From: Candidatus Hermodarchaeum yapensis
GTDB taxonomy: Archaea; Asgardarchaeota; Hermodarchaeia; Hermodarchaeales; Hermodarchaeaceae
Length of the DNA stretch: 64,000 bases
NCBI GenBank assembly: GCA_016840405.1
Contig: JAEOSK010000001.1
Span: 64,001 to 128,000 of the forward strand
Direction of reading: 5' to 3'
Shown here: piece after piece, positions 47,558-56,492 of the stretch
Layout of the letters: every line of letters starts with the position of its first letter
Numbering within the stretch: the stretch's first letter is position 1
Program-made: the position numbers and the translations under genes
The notes under the pieces: model-generated
What the model was told of the DNA's origin: nothing
Database searches by the model: none
What the model saw: only the letters and a program-made list of their open reading frames with translations

Positions 47558-47772
47558 ACCTCGAAAAGCTCCCGTTCGTCAGGCTGGGGACCACTCGCGG
47601 TGTTTAAATAAGTTTCTTGGCATCTAGATGTGAGGTCCTAGTCTGCGGTCCGAGAACCAAGGACATCTGACCGGGCAACATCGCCGGAACGGCGAGTAGA
47701 GCCTGTGGACCAGTCGGCAGGAGCCGATGGCATGAAGCAGGAAGCTCACACAATCAGATGTGGGCAGTTCAC
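47550..47772 (+). mobile_element. ORF-less IS200/IS605-derived mini-element (left-end-like hairpin + TATA + omegaRNA-like right end)
   Basis: Left-end-like GAAAAGCTCCCGTTCGTCAGGCTGGGGA; TTTAAATA 47603-47610; GCCTGTGGA...ATGAAGCAGGAAG-hairpin-AGTTCAC terminus typical of tnpB right ends; left boundary approximate. Confidence 0.7.
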
Positions 47773-47790
47773 CTAACGAAGACTCGTGCC
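47635..47790 (+). ncRNA. putative stand-alone TnpB omegaRNA/reRNA (scaffold 47635-47772 plus flanking guide)
   Basis: Stems GTCCT/AGGAC, TCGCCG-GAA-CGGCGA, TCGGC-AGGA-GCCGA, GCTCACA/TGTGGGC; TATA about 25 nt upstream. Confidence 0.6.
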
Positions 47791-50700
47791 TTAAAAAAGG
47801 GTGAGAAATGGGTTTCCACATAGACTGTAACTTAACCAGCTATGGAGAGGGGGACCTGTACTGGCTAGTTTTCGTCGTGTGTGGAGCATGGCAACAGCAA
47901 TGGGATCCCCTCCATATAGCTGTCTAATCAGGTTTTGAGTAAAGGTGGGTTGTAACTTATGTTCTGGACGCCATCGTGTGAATACAATCGAGGGAGATCC
48001 AGCAGTGACGAGATGTCGTAGAAAACCAGCTAAACTCATTCCATTCTCCATGGGATCTATCCGCATCGAATCATCAAGCACAAGAATAGGTGCACCTTTG
48101 AATAGAGTTGTGACCCCGATTTCAATCACTCGAAGACTATCCGGGTGTTGTAGTGGGATTTCGCCTTTACGATGGTGAAGGGTTGTGGGAGTTGAGAAAA
48201 AAAGAAGTGATCGGGGCTGCTCAAGGTTACTGGATAGCAAAGTCCGAGTAAAATCACTTCCAAAAAGAACAATTGGCTCAGTGATACCTTGGCGCGTGGG
48301 AACCGAGTCAAGAAATGACTTGGCAATTGCTTCAGCCACTGCTCTACGCGAAGCCTGCTCTTCTGCACCTGAATAGACACCTAGTACAACTGAAGGCATT
48401 GTAGTCTGGGCTAATGCTTTAGTCTTTAACGTGCTTTCGAAAAATTGGAAATCCGGAGCCCATGCCATAGGATACTTGAGACCCCAGTATTCTTTTCCAT
48501 CAAATACGAGTTCGAAGGGTACATTATTGAGAAATCCATCTGTGATGAATTGAAGAAATCCATAATTGTGGCTTTGGAGTTCCCGTTCAAGCCGACTCGG
48601 AATCAAACCGCGATATAGAAAGGATGCGATGTCTCTTAGATCCGCGATAGGAGGTAGTTCTTGAGTATTTTTGATTCCTTGGAGTGATTGTACAACTGAG
48701 GCTAAATCCGGTGAGATGGGTAAAGTATGGATACCGTGTCGACCGACATGGTCTAATGTAGTGACAATAATTCGTTGTTTTTCAAGTAGCACGTCATAGT
48801 TAATTAGAATCCACCGGCGGTCGGTAGGCATGAGGGTCATGAGTTTTTGTGGCATCTTATAATCTGAAGGCAACATCCCTCTTCCTGGGTCTGGACACGC
48901 TGCAGCGATTACGTTACGGTTGACATTCATTTTCTCCAATGATTCGACTAATTCAGTTCTAAGTGCCTTCCGACGGGATTTGTACTCTTCTTGGAGGAGA
49001 CTTTTTGGAGGTAAATGTGCGAGTTGCTGTCGCAGACCGCTTATTTGTGTGAGAAGATTAGTTTCTTCTTGTAGTAATTTTGGTAAATCCACACAACGTT
49101 CATACCCGAGATTATCGGATAGATAAGGATGCAATTTAGCGATTTTACGAGGGCTAGACCAATCAATCACCTTGTCTACAATCATTCGATCATTCTGTTT
49201 ATGATAGTAATGTGTAGCAATCAGGATTGCTTCTTCTAAGGCATGTTGCATTTGGTTCCACGCAAGAGGAAGATTTTCAATGTTGAAGTCAGTGGGAATA
49301 TCAAGTTCTTCACCAATTGAAATTGCCTGCTCAATTAGCTTCAGGATGTCTGATATTCCAGCAGAATCAACCAGTAAATTCGCCTGTCGCAAAAGGGTTT
49401 GAAAATACTCTTCACGGTATTCGGCTTCGCTGAAAATGCTTGCTGCCTTTTCATAATATTCCAAGGCTTTTGCTGAATCTTCTGCTTCAACTAAAGGCGC
49501 TAATTCAAAGTATAATCGACCCTGAAATTTTTCCTCAGTGGATGGTTTAAGTGTCAAAAGAGAACCTTTGAGCGCATCTTTACGTAGGCTGGGTTTTTCG
49601 AGATTACGATAAGCCTCAGCCAATTGATAATATGCTTCACTTGTGTCAAAGCTGGGCTCAGCTTTAAACTCTTTAATCGCTTGACTTAGATACTGCGCAG
49701 CTTCCGTATACTCGGCATTTCGCATCAAAACCAATCCAAGATTAATCGCAGCCTCTGCACGAAGCTCCATTGGGAGTTGTTCATCATGAATGGCTTGTTC
49801 CAATATGCCTTTGACCTGCTCTGGTGCCTGAGCCTCTAAAGTTAGTTGTGTAAGACTGACCATCAGAGATGTGGCTAATAGAGTTCTTCCCTGAGCATTC
49901 GCTTCTTTTGCAGCTTTTTGTAAAAGCGGAAGGTCCTCTTCAAGTCGTTGGGTCCTTCGGGAAGCATTAAGCAATAAACGGTATCCCCGAATTTCCATCT
50001 TTTCTTCAGGATGATCTTTTAGCAACAAAAGAGCCATTTTGCTTTGTTCTATCGCTTCTGGATATCGTTCAAGTTGATAGAAGGTTTCACCTACTTCGAT
50101 GTATATTTCTGCTTCTTCTTTCTGGCGTTTATGTTCTTGATAATAGCGAATAGCTTGTGTAAATTCCTGTTCCGATTGCTTATCTTTTCCAAGGCGTAGA
50201 AGTGCTTTTCCTTTCGAAATGCGCGCGTGAATATTTCTAGCTTGTTCGCCTAATTGTGAGAATATCTCAATGGCTTTGTCAAATAGACGGAGTGCTCTCA
50301 CATCCTGAACCAAGCGCTCTAAGATTTGAGCCACTATCAGTGCACTTTCTGCAAAGGCTATAGACGCTTTTTGGTTTTGGAAAAATTGGAGCGCTGCCTC
50401 GCCATGGGGGAGTGCCTGTTCTGGTTGATCTTTTTCCAATAAAAGACGTGCTGTGTGAAATTCGCATAAGGAGAGGCCTGTTTCATCATTGGCCTTTGAA
50501 AACACAGTTCGAGCTTGTTCGATGTGTTCTTCTGCCTTGTCCAGGTTTCCCTCAGCTTGGTAAATGCGTGCTACTCCAAGAAGTGCATGAGCCCTTGGTG
50601 TCGGTTTTCCTGCTGTTCCCCATAATTCGATTAGTTGTCTTAGGACCCTTTCTGCGTCATCGTACGCAGCAAGCTTGTGAAGGATACTAGCATATTCTGT

Positions 50701-51210
50701 AAGCGCTTTACCACGAAGTTCCACGTCATCTATTTGTTCAGTCATTTTGACTGCAGTGGCAAGATGCTCAGAGCCCTCCTGATATCTTCCAGATTTTGAT
50801 AATAAACTGCCACTCTCAATTAATAGTGATACTCGCGCTGATTTTTCTTCTCCTGGAATTTGGATTTCCAATGCTTGACTAAAAGCACGATTCGCCTCCT
50901 CATTGTAACCCAGCTGGTCCATTATTCTCCCCATTGTCAACAGGGCGGTCCGGAGGCTAGAGGGCTCTTTTACCCCTCGTAAGATTCGAATCGCTTGGGT
51001 GCTAGTGACAAGTGCTTCTTTATACTGTCCGAGGTTCACCAAAGCCTGAGTCATATAAATTGAGACAATACCCGCTTCACGTTTTTTCCCCTCCCGCTCG
51101 TATATCTCTAATGCCCGTTTCCATTCCTCTAAAGCCTTCTTAAAGGCTCTCTCCCTGTAATGGCTTTTACCCTTTGTAACTAATACATGTGCCTCGGATG
51201 AAGTCGACAC
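47791..51210 (-). CDS. TPR-repeat + CHAT (caspase-like) domain protein, catalytically degenerate
   Basis: Many TPRs; CHAT hallmarks LYRGLIP, FITDGFLNNVPFELVFDG, GDPIAVAM..TR, WLSYSLCGNP; His and Cys sites replaced (FFSTPT, LVLDDS). Confidence 0.85.
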   Translation of the reverse strand: MSTSSEAHVLVTKGKSHYRERAFKKALEEWKRALEIYEREGKKREAGIVSIYMTQALVNLGQYKEALVTSTQAIRILRGVKEPSSLRTALLTMGRIMDQLGYNEEANRAFSQALEIQIPGEEKSARVSLLIESGSLLSKSGRYQEGSEHLATAVKMTEQIDDVELRGKALTEYASILHKLAAYDDAERVLRQLIELWGTAGKPTPRAHALLGVARIYQAEGNLDKAEEHIEQARTVFSKANDETGLSLCEFHTARLLLEKDQPEQALPHGEAALQFFQNQKASIAFAESALIVAQILERLVQDVRALRLFDKAIEIFSQLGEQARNIHARISKGKALLRLGKDKQSEQEFTQAIRYYQEHKRQKEEAEIYIEVGETFYQLERYPEAIEQSKMALLLLKDHPEEKMEIRGYRLLLNASRRTQRLEEDLPLLQKAAKEANAQGRTLLATSLMVSLTQLTLEAQAPEQVKGILEQAIHDEQLPMELRAEAAINLGLVLMRNAEYTEAAQYLSQAIKEFKAEPSFDTSEAYYQLAEAYRNLEKPSLRKDALKGSLLTLKPSTEEKFQGRLYFELAPLVEAEDSAKALEYYEKAASIFSEAEYREEYFQTLLRQANLLVDSAGISDILKLIEQAISIGEELDIPTDFNIENLPLAWNQMQHALEEAILIATHYYHKQNDRMIVDKVIDWSSPRKIAKLHPYLSDNLGYERCVDLPKLLQEETNLLTQISGLRQQLAHLPPKSLLQEEYKSRRKALRTELVESLEKMNVNRNVIAAACPDPGRGMLPSDYKMPQKLMTLMPTDRRWILINYDVLLEKQRIIVTTLDHVGRHGIHTLPISPDLASVVQSLQGIKNTQELPPIADLRDIASFLYRGLIPSRLERELQSHNYGFLQFITDGFLNNVPFELVFDGKEYWGLKYPMAWAPDFQFFESTLKTKALAQTTMPSVVLGVYSGAEEQASRRAVAEAIAKSFLDSVPTRQGITEPIVLFGSDFTRTLLSSNLEQPRSLLFFSTPTTLHHRKGEIPLQHPDSLRVIEIGVTTLFKGAPILVLDDSMRIDPMENGMSLAGFLRHLVTAGSPSIVFTRWRPEHKLQPTFTQNLIRQLYGGDPIAVAMLHTRRKLASTGPPLHSWLSYSLCGNPFLTLF

Positions 51211-51255
51211 TTGGTAAGGTCCTCCATGGTATGTTATCTTCGTAATCTATTCTTT

Positions 51256-52089
51256 TTACTCTTTTATTGCTTCCATATGCAATGACCAAGCTGGACGGGT
51301 GTCAAACCGCGAACCTTGCATCTGTGGAAATCTACTTTGGTAAGCATTCGTCCTATACACTTTTTGAAAACCCGCTTTTTTCAATGAGAGGACGAGTTTC
51401 TCTTCATTCCACCAATTAACATGAATTCCTCCATAACGGTGCTGAATATCAGGGGTCAACCATTCACCAATCCTTTTGGAATAATGGTTAAGGAAATTCT
51501 GTTTAGTCATGGTTCGAAAATTGCGTTGGATGGACTCTGGGGACTCATTGATATCGAGATCATGATCTGATCGTACGAAGTAACCTGCAAACATATGCAA
51601 AAGACACTGTTCAATTACAGTATATTGGCGATATTCTTCATCAATCCGATAGAAGAAGTCGAAATCATGATTCTTCGTGGCTTCGTAGGCTAAATCGATA
51701 TCAGGAACAACAAACCGTACCGCTCCGTTATTTTCGAGACACCGATAGCATTCCCCTATCACATGTTCACTTTGCTGATCAGGTAAATGCTCAAGTACGT
51801 GCTCGGAATAAAACAACTGAACCGAATTATCAGGAAAGGGAAAAGAATCACTACTCATTAAATCCAAGCTGTAATCAATATACTGTCGGGGAATCCGATA
51901 CCAAGGTGTCCGAAAATCCAAAACTTTCCAACCACGTTTGTAAAAATGTCCTCCTCCAATGTTAACCTGCATCACCTTCGGCTTGAACAAGACCTTATCG
52001 ACACTCACTCGTAGAACCCACACCTTAAGCCAGAACCTCTGGAATAATGGGACATGACTGCGTAGGAATGAGAGAACAGGCTTATACAC
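51256..52089 (-). CDS. SAM-dependent methyltransferase (glycan-locus type)
   Basis: VNIGGG, FPFPDNSV..FYSEHVLEHL, ECYRCL..NG.VRFVVPD. Confidence 0.85.
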   Translation of the reverse strand: MYKPVLSFLRSHVPLFQRFWLKVWVLRVSVDKVLFKPKVMQVNIGGGHFYKRGWKVLDFRTPWYRIPRQYIDYSLDLMSSDSFPFPDNSVQLFYSEHVLEHLPDQQSEHVIGECYRCLENNGAVRFVVPDIDLAYEATKNHDFDFFYRIDEEYRQYTVIEQCLLHMFAGYFVRSDHDLDINESPESIQRNFRTMTKQNFLNHYSKRIGEWLTPDIQHRYGGIHVNWWNEEKLVLSLKKAGFQKVYRTNAYQSRFPQMQGSRFDTRPAWSLHMEAIKE

Positions 52090-52181
52090 TCACTCAATTC
52101 CTCCTATGCAAGGATCGACAATGCATTTTTCCCATACCCTCTTAACTCTCTTTAGCTTTTGTTCTGCCTGACCAAGAAGAT

Positions 52182-53744
52182 TTACTCCTCCTTCAAGGGT
52201 TCAGCTGTTTCCTTCTTACGACTCATGATTCGATAAAATTTGATAATTGGGTTTAGCCATCGTTTCGAGGCTCTCGAGAGGATATCCAGATCTTCATTAG
52301 TGAATACTGAAAACAATGCGGATACAATCAGGATTAGTAGAAACGATATCCCAGTTATAATAAGCGTGTCTATGATATCTAGGGGCGAAAGAAGGACCGC
52401 TAACATATACACGACGAAGAATTGGATTGGAATTAAAGCGAGTAATCGGAGCAGGCTTCCTCGAGGTACTAGTGCTAGTTCCTTGGTTTGCCATGTCAAT
52501 AGGGCGAATGTTAAGGCATAGCCAAAAGTTACACACATGGCTATCCCGATGGTGCCCCAAATCCCAAAGAGTCCGAAGGCAAAGAAGAGCGCCAGAAAGA
52601 TAGCTATGTTGACCACGAAGAGGATGGAGAAGATCATCATCTTGTAGGTCTCTCCTTTAGCTCCCCGCATTCGGAGGAAGAGAGCGGAGAGAGCGAAAAA
52701 CATCATTGTCAGTGTTGCAAATGAGAGAATCAGCCCACTTTCTGGAAGAATATACTGCGGACCAAGAACAATGTGGATTATCGGTATTCCTGCGAAGATG
52801 AAAATACATCCACTGAAAAGAACGGCTATGAATAGCATTTTGAGAGTAATCCCAAACGCTATGCCTTCCCGTTCAGGACGAGAAGCAAGAACTTTGGTCA
52901 TAATTGGCAGAAAGGCAATCAGAAGGGTCAAGATTGCTTCTTCAGCAATCGAGGGGAGACGGCTAATGGTCCGATAAACTGCTAAATCTCCATAACCAAA
53001 GAACAGGATTATGATGTATTGATCAATAAAACCTCGAAATTGGTTGAAAATGAAAATAATGATCATGGGCAAAGCAAAGATCAGTAGGGCTTTGGTTGGA
53101 CGAACTAGCTTGTAAAGGTTGAGTTTCCGTTTTAGTCCACTTGTGGGAATTAGAAAAATGAGGGTTATCAGATCAGCGATTATCCACCCCCAAAAAATCA
53201 TCATGATATTTGCAGTGAAGAACAAGAAGACAAGAGGGAGGATGAAGTTAAGTACACTTCTTAGGGCTCCAAAGAGCACATTCTGCTCGATTTTCAAATA
53301 TGACAGTTGTACACCCTGCAATAGAAGAAAGAGAGATACTTGGGCTGCTGAAATTAAAACAACAACTCCAAGATCAGACACTATGCTAAGCCCGATTCCA
53401 GACAAGTATAGGGCTGTTAGAATGGGAACGAGAATAATCGTTTCAATAATACCATATATAAACATCTGGTGAACTAGCTTATCAGCTCGACTGGGATCTG
53501 TTTCTGATAAAGCTCGCTGATGCATCGTCCAAGCAATCCATGGGATAAGGACTCCACTGACAAGGGTAATGCCCAATGTTATGGCTTGAACGAATCCTAA
53601 TTCATCGGGACTTATCCAGCGGGCGATAATAAAGATGTAAACGAGCTGAACACCACGGACTATCCCCACTCGAAGCCACGCTAGCCCCGTTGATCGAACA
53701 TACCTAACTGCATAGCCGGTTTTCTCGCCTTCGGCTTCAGTCAA
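52182..53744 (-). CDS. Wzx/MOP-family oligosaccharide flippase
   Basis: About 14 TM segments; IARWISPDELG, FIDQYII..FFG..DLAVY, AFLPIM. Confidence 0.85.
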   Translation of the reverse strand: MTEAEGEKTGYAVRYVRSTGLAWLRVGIVRGVQLVYIFIIARWISPDELGFVQAITLGITLVSGVLIPWIAWTMHQRALSETDPSRADKLVHQMFIYGIIETIILVPILTALYLSGIGLSIVSDLGVVVLISAAQVSLFLLLQGVQLSYLKIEQNVLFGALRSVLNFILPLVFLFFTANIMMIFWGWIIADLITLIFLIPTSGLKRKLNLYKLVRPTKALLIFALPMIIIFIFNQFRGFIDQYIIILFFGYGDLAVYRTISRLPSIAEEAILTLLIAFLPIMTKVLASRPEREGIAFGITLKMLFIAVLFSGCIFIFAGIPIIHIVLGPQYILPESGLILSFATLTMMFFALSALFLRMRGAKGETYKMMIFSILFVVNIAIFLALFFAFGLFGIWGTIGIAMCVTFGYALTFALLTWQTKELALVPRGSLLRLLALIPIQFFVVYMLAVLLSPLDIIDTLIITGISFLLILIVSALFSVFTNEDLDILSRASKRWLNPIIKFYRIMSRKKETAEPLKEE

Positions 53745-53767
53745 AGCTACACACCAAATGGATAACT

Positions 53768-54301
53768 CTAATCAGAAACGAGGAGCTGGCCAATATACCG
53801 TTCAATTGTATCTTTGAGTATCCCTCGTGTTTCAAGGATGAATTCAGCTGCTTCCCGTACAGCTCCTTCTCCACCCTTTCGGGTAGTAACCCAATCGGAA
53901 TGCTCTTTCACTTGAGGTGCAGCGTCTGCAACTGCAATTCCTAACCCTACTTGCTGTAGAACAGGGATATCATTCAAGTCATCACCAATATAGGCTGTTT
54001 CGTCAAGCTGCAGCCCTAATTGATCCAGCAGGGATTGGAGTGCTTTGTGCTTGTTATGGATGTCTTGGAGAAGATGGGTAATTTTGAGTTTTTTGGCTCG
54101 CCGAGTCATAATTTCTGTTTTTTCTTGGGTGATTATTGCTATTTGGATGCCAGCGGTTCGTAACAGATTGAGTCCAACTGCGTCGCGTGTGTTGAATTTT
54201 TTGAGCTCGTTCTTCTGGTTGTCATAGTACATCCCTGCGTCCGTTAAGACTCCATCGACATCCATAACGAATAACTTGATTTTCTCTGCCTTTTGCTTCA
54301 C
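53768..54301 (-). CDS. KdsC-family HAD phosphatase (putative nonulosonate-9-phosphate phosphatase)
   Basis: MDVDGVLTD, KKFNTRD, AYIGDDLND, GGEGAVRE. Confidence 0.9.
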   Translation of the reverse strand: MKQKAEKIKLFVMDVDGVLTDAGMYYDNQKNELKKFNTRDAVGLNLLRTAGIQIAIITQEKTEIMTRRAKKLKITHLLQDIHNKHKALQSLLDQLGLQLDETAYIGDDLNDIPVLQQVGLGIAVADAAPQVKEHSDWVTTRKGGEGAVREAAEFILETRGILKDTIERYIGQLLVSD

Positions 54302-54514
54302 ACTAGCACCTCATCGGAAGAGTTCAGCAATCCTAATTTCAGCAGTATTTTGATGCTGATTTAAAGATGATGTTATGACACCTGTTAGCAGTACAATACT
54401 AAGGTGCAATTTCCTAATCAAGAGAATTGGACTGTGCATATAAGAAGACTATGTTAGCTACCATGGTACACAGTACTGGAAGCAAGGGAACCAGGGAGGC
54501 GAGAATTGGTGTAA

Positions 54515-55558
54515 TTATTGGAGATTATTGGCTCCCAACTGTTCATCTTCTTTGATGTCCACTTTGGCTGTTTTGCCAATGACTTCATGCAGCCGATATG
54601 GTGAAAGACCAGTTCCTGGGCTCTTTGCAATGACCATTGATTCGTCAATCTTCGTTCCGCGTGGAATAGCTTTTCGAGCAACAAGACTTTTTCCGAGTTT
54701 ATGTCGAATCGGCACCTCTTCATCGATAATGATGAGTTCGCCAGTCCCTCTAGCTTGTTCTAAAGCTCGAATGTCTCGAACCAGTTTGATGATCCCTTGT
54801 GGTTCCAATGAGGCAGCATGATCACCACCTTTCATGGTTCGATCAAGTGTAATGTGGCGTTCCACAAGGTCAGCTCCCATAGCCACTGCGGCCAAAGAGA
54901 TTGCTATTCCCCGTTCATGTCCCGAATAGCCAACCGGCACACCATAACGTTTCTTCAGTTTCTCAATACCACGGAGATTGATTTGCTCAAATTCGCTCGG
55001 ATAGGTTGAGACGCAATGCATCAATGCGATTTGATCATTATGTTTCTGAATGCTTTTCATGGCGAGATCAATTTCCTCTTGCGTTGACATACCGGTCGAT
55101 ACAATCATGGGTTTCCCTTTCTTCGCGACATGCTCGAGAAGCGGTCGATTAGTTAAATCCGCTGATGCGATTTTATAAACTGGAATCTTGAATTGTTCCA
55201 TGAAATCTGCACTTACTTCATCCCAAACCGACGCAAAGAAGATGATTTTCTTTTCTTGACAATATTTTGAAATCTCTGAATATTCTTTCTCAGAAAACTC
55301 CAGTACTGCACGATGCTCGCCATAAGTTCTTCCAAAACTGTGGGGGCTCTCATAAGGGCGGTTAAGTGCCTCCTTTGTTAAGATAAGATCGGCAGTCCGT
55401 TTCTGAAATTTCACTGCATTGGCATTAGCCAGAGAAGCCACATCAATGAGCTTCTTTGCAATCTCAACACTTCCTTGGTGGTTGATACCAATTTCAGCTA
55501 CAACGAAAGCTGGTTGTCCTTCTCCAATGGTCTTGTTACCAATCTTAATGGTCTTCAT
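54515..55558 (-). CDS. neuB: N-acetylneuraminate/nonulosonate synthase family with SAF domain
   Basis: VAEIGINHQG, AVKFQKR, KIASAD, STGMS, HCVSTYP, GYSGHE, VERHITLDR, GGDHAASL. Confidence 0.92.
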   Translation of the reverse strand: MKTIKIGNKTIGEGQPAFVVAEIGINHQGSVEIAKKLIDVASLANANAVKFQKRTADLILTKEALNRPYESPHSFGRTYGEHRAVLEFSEKEYSEISKYCQEKKIIFFASVWDEVSADFMEQFKIPVYKIASADLTNRPLLEHVAKKGKPMIVSTGMSTQEEIDLAMKSIQKHNDQIALMHCVSTYPSEFEQINLRGIEKLKKRYGVPVGYSGHERGIAISLAAVAMGADLVERHITLDRTMKGGDHAASLEPQGIIKLVRDIRALEQARGTGELIIIDEEVPIRHKLGKSLVARKAIPRGTKIDESMVIAKSPGTGLSPYRLHEVIGKTAKVDIKEDEQLGANNLQ

Positions 55559-56280
55559 TTTCCTTTCACCTGAGTTTTCCCTTCACTCCTTTTGATTCTT
55601 TTGAATGCAGCGATTTTTTCTGCAAGCCAAAAATCAAACTCTGTATCGATTTCTATCGAATCGATTTCTTCCATTATGACATAAGCAATTTTGCCACCAA
55701 GGCGATTGTGCAGTTTCATCAGAATTTCCCGTTTCGTAATATAGAGTGCCCCATTTTCCCGGAATTTTGGAGTGAGTTCCTGACGTCGTTTTCGTTCAGT
55801 GTACTCTGGCTGAATCTGTTCGTCCTTTAATTTCCAATAGAAGTGGCGGTCTTCAACTACCGAAAGGAGCGAATCAGCTGTTTCCTTTTGTATAATTTCA
55901 ATACCCTGATCGATGACAGCCGAATCTAAAAATGGGGAGGTCGGCTGCAGGAGAACCACATACTCCGGACAATATCCTTCCTTTTCGTTCAGCCATTCCA
56001 CTACGTGCTGAAGCACAGGTTCTGTTGCAGTTTCATCCCGGGCTAATTCTTCAGGACGCATAAACGGAACTTCAGCACTACACTCTATCGATATCTTTGC
56101 AATCTCTTTATCATCCGTCGAAACAATAATCCGATCGAGATATTGGGAACCGAGAGCTGTTTGGATTGTGTGACAGACTAAGGGTTTGTCAGCGAGCATT
56201 CGGATGTTCTTTCGGGGAACACCTTTTGAGCCTCCTCGGGCTGGAATGATTGCTAGAAACTGTGGTTTTTTCTTACTCAT
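55555..56280 (-). CDS. neuA: acylneuraminate cytidylyltransferase
   Basis: IIPARGGSKGVPRKNI, VSTDD, RPEELA.D, LQPTSP, ENGALY, EIDTEFD. Confidence 0.93.
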   Translation of the reverse strand: MSKKKPQFLAIIPARGGSKGVPRKNIRMLADKPLVCHTIQTALGSQYLDRIIVSTDDKEIAKISIECSAEVPFMRPEELARDETATEPVLQHVVEWLNEKEGYCPEYVVLLQPTSPFLDSAVIDQGIEIIQKETADSLLSVVEDRHFYWKLKDEQIQPEYTERKRRQELTPKFRENGALYITKREILMKLHNRLGGKIAYVIMEEIDSIEIDTEFDFWLAEKIAAFKRIKRSEGKTQVKGK

Positions 56281-56492
56281 CTTCACCGCTCCAGTCATTC
56301 TGACACGTCAATTCGTTAGTGTGTTTTTTCTCCGAATCTGTATTATTTAACTCATAGGGCTTTAGTATTCTACTAACAAACCAGCACTCTGCTCTCCGGG
56401 AACTGCAAAGGTCCTGATAATCTAAAGATTTTTCAGAACCCTTTAAGTTGCTTTGAGGCATAATCACAACTCGCTTCGTAGTAGGTGGCTAA

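Noticed and set aside
47635-51210. RNA-guided protease (Craspase-like) formed by the omegaRNA and TPR-CHAT
   Set aside because: No Cas7-11 or other effector is present, the CHAT dyad is missing, and adjacency is explained by insertion into an intergenic gap.
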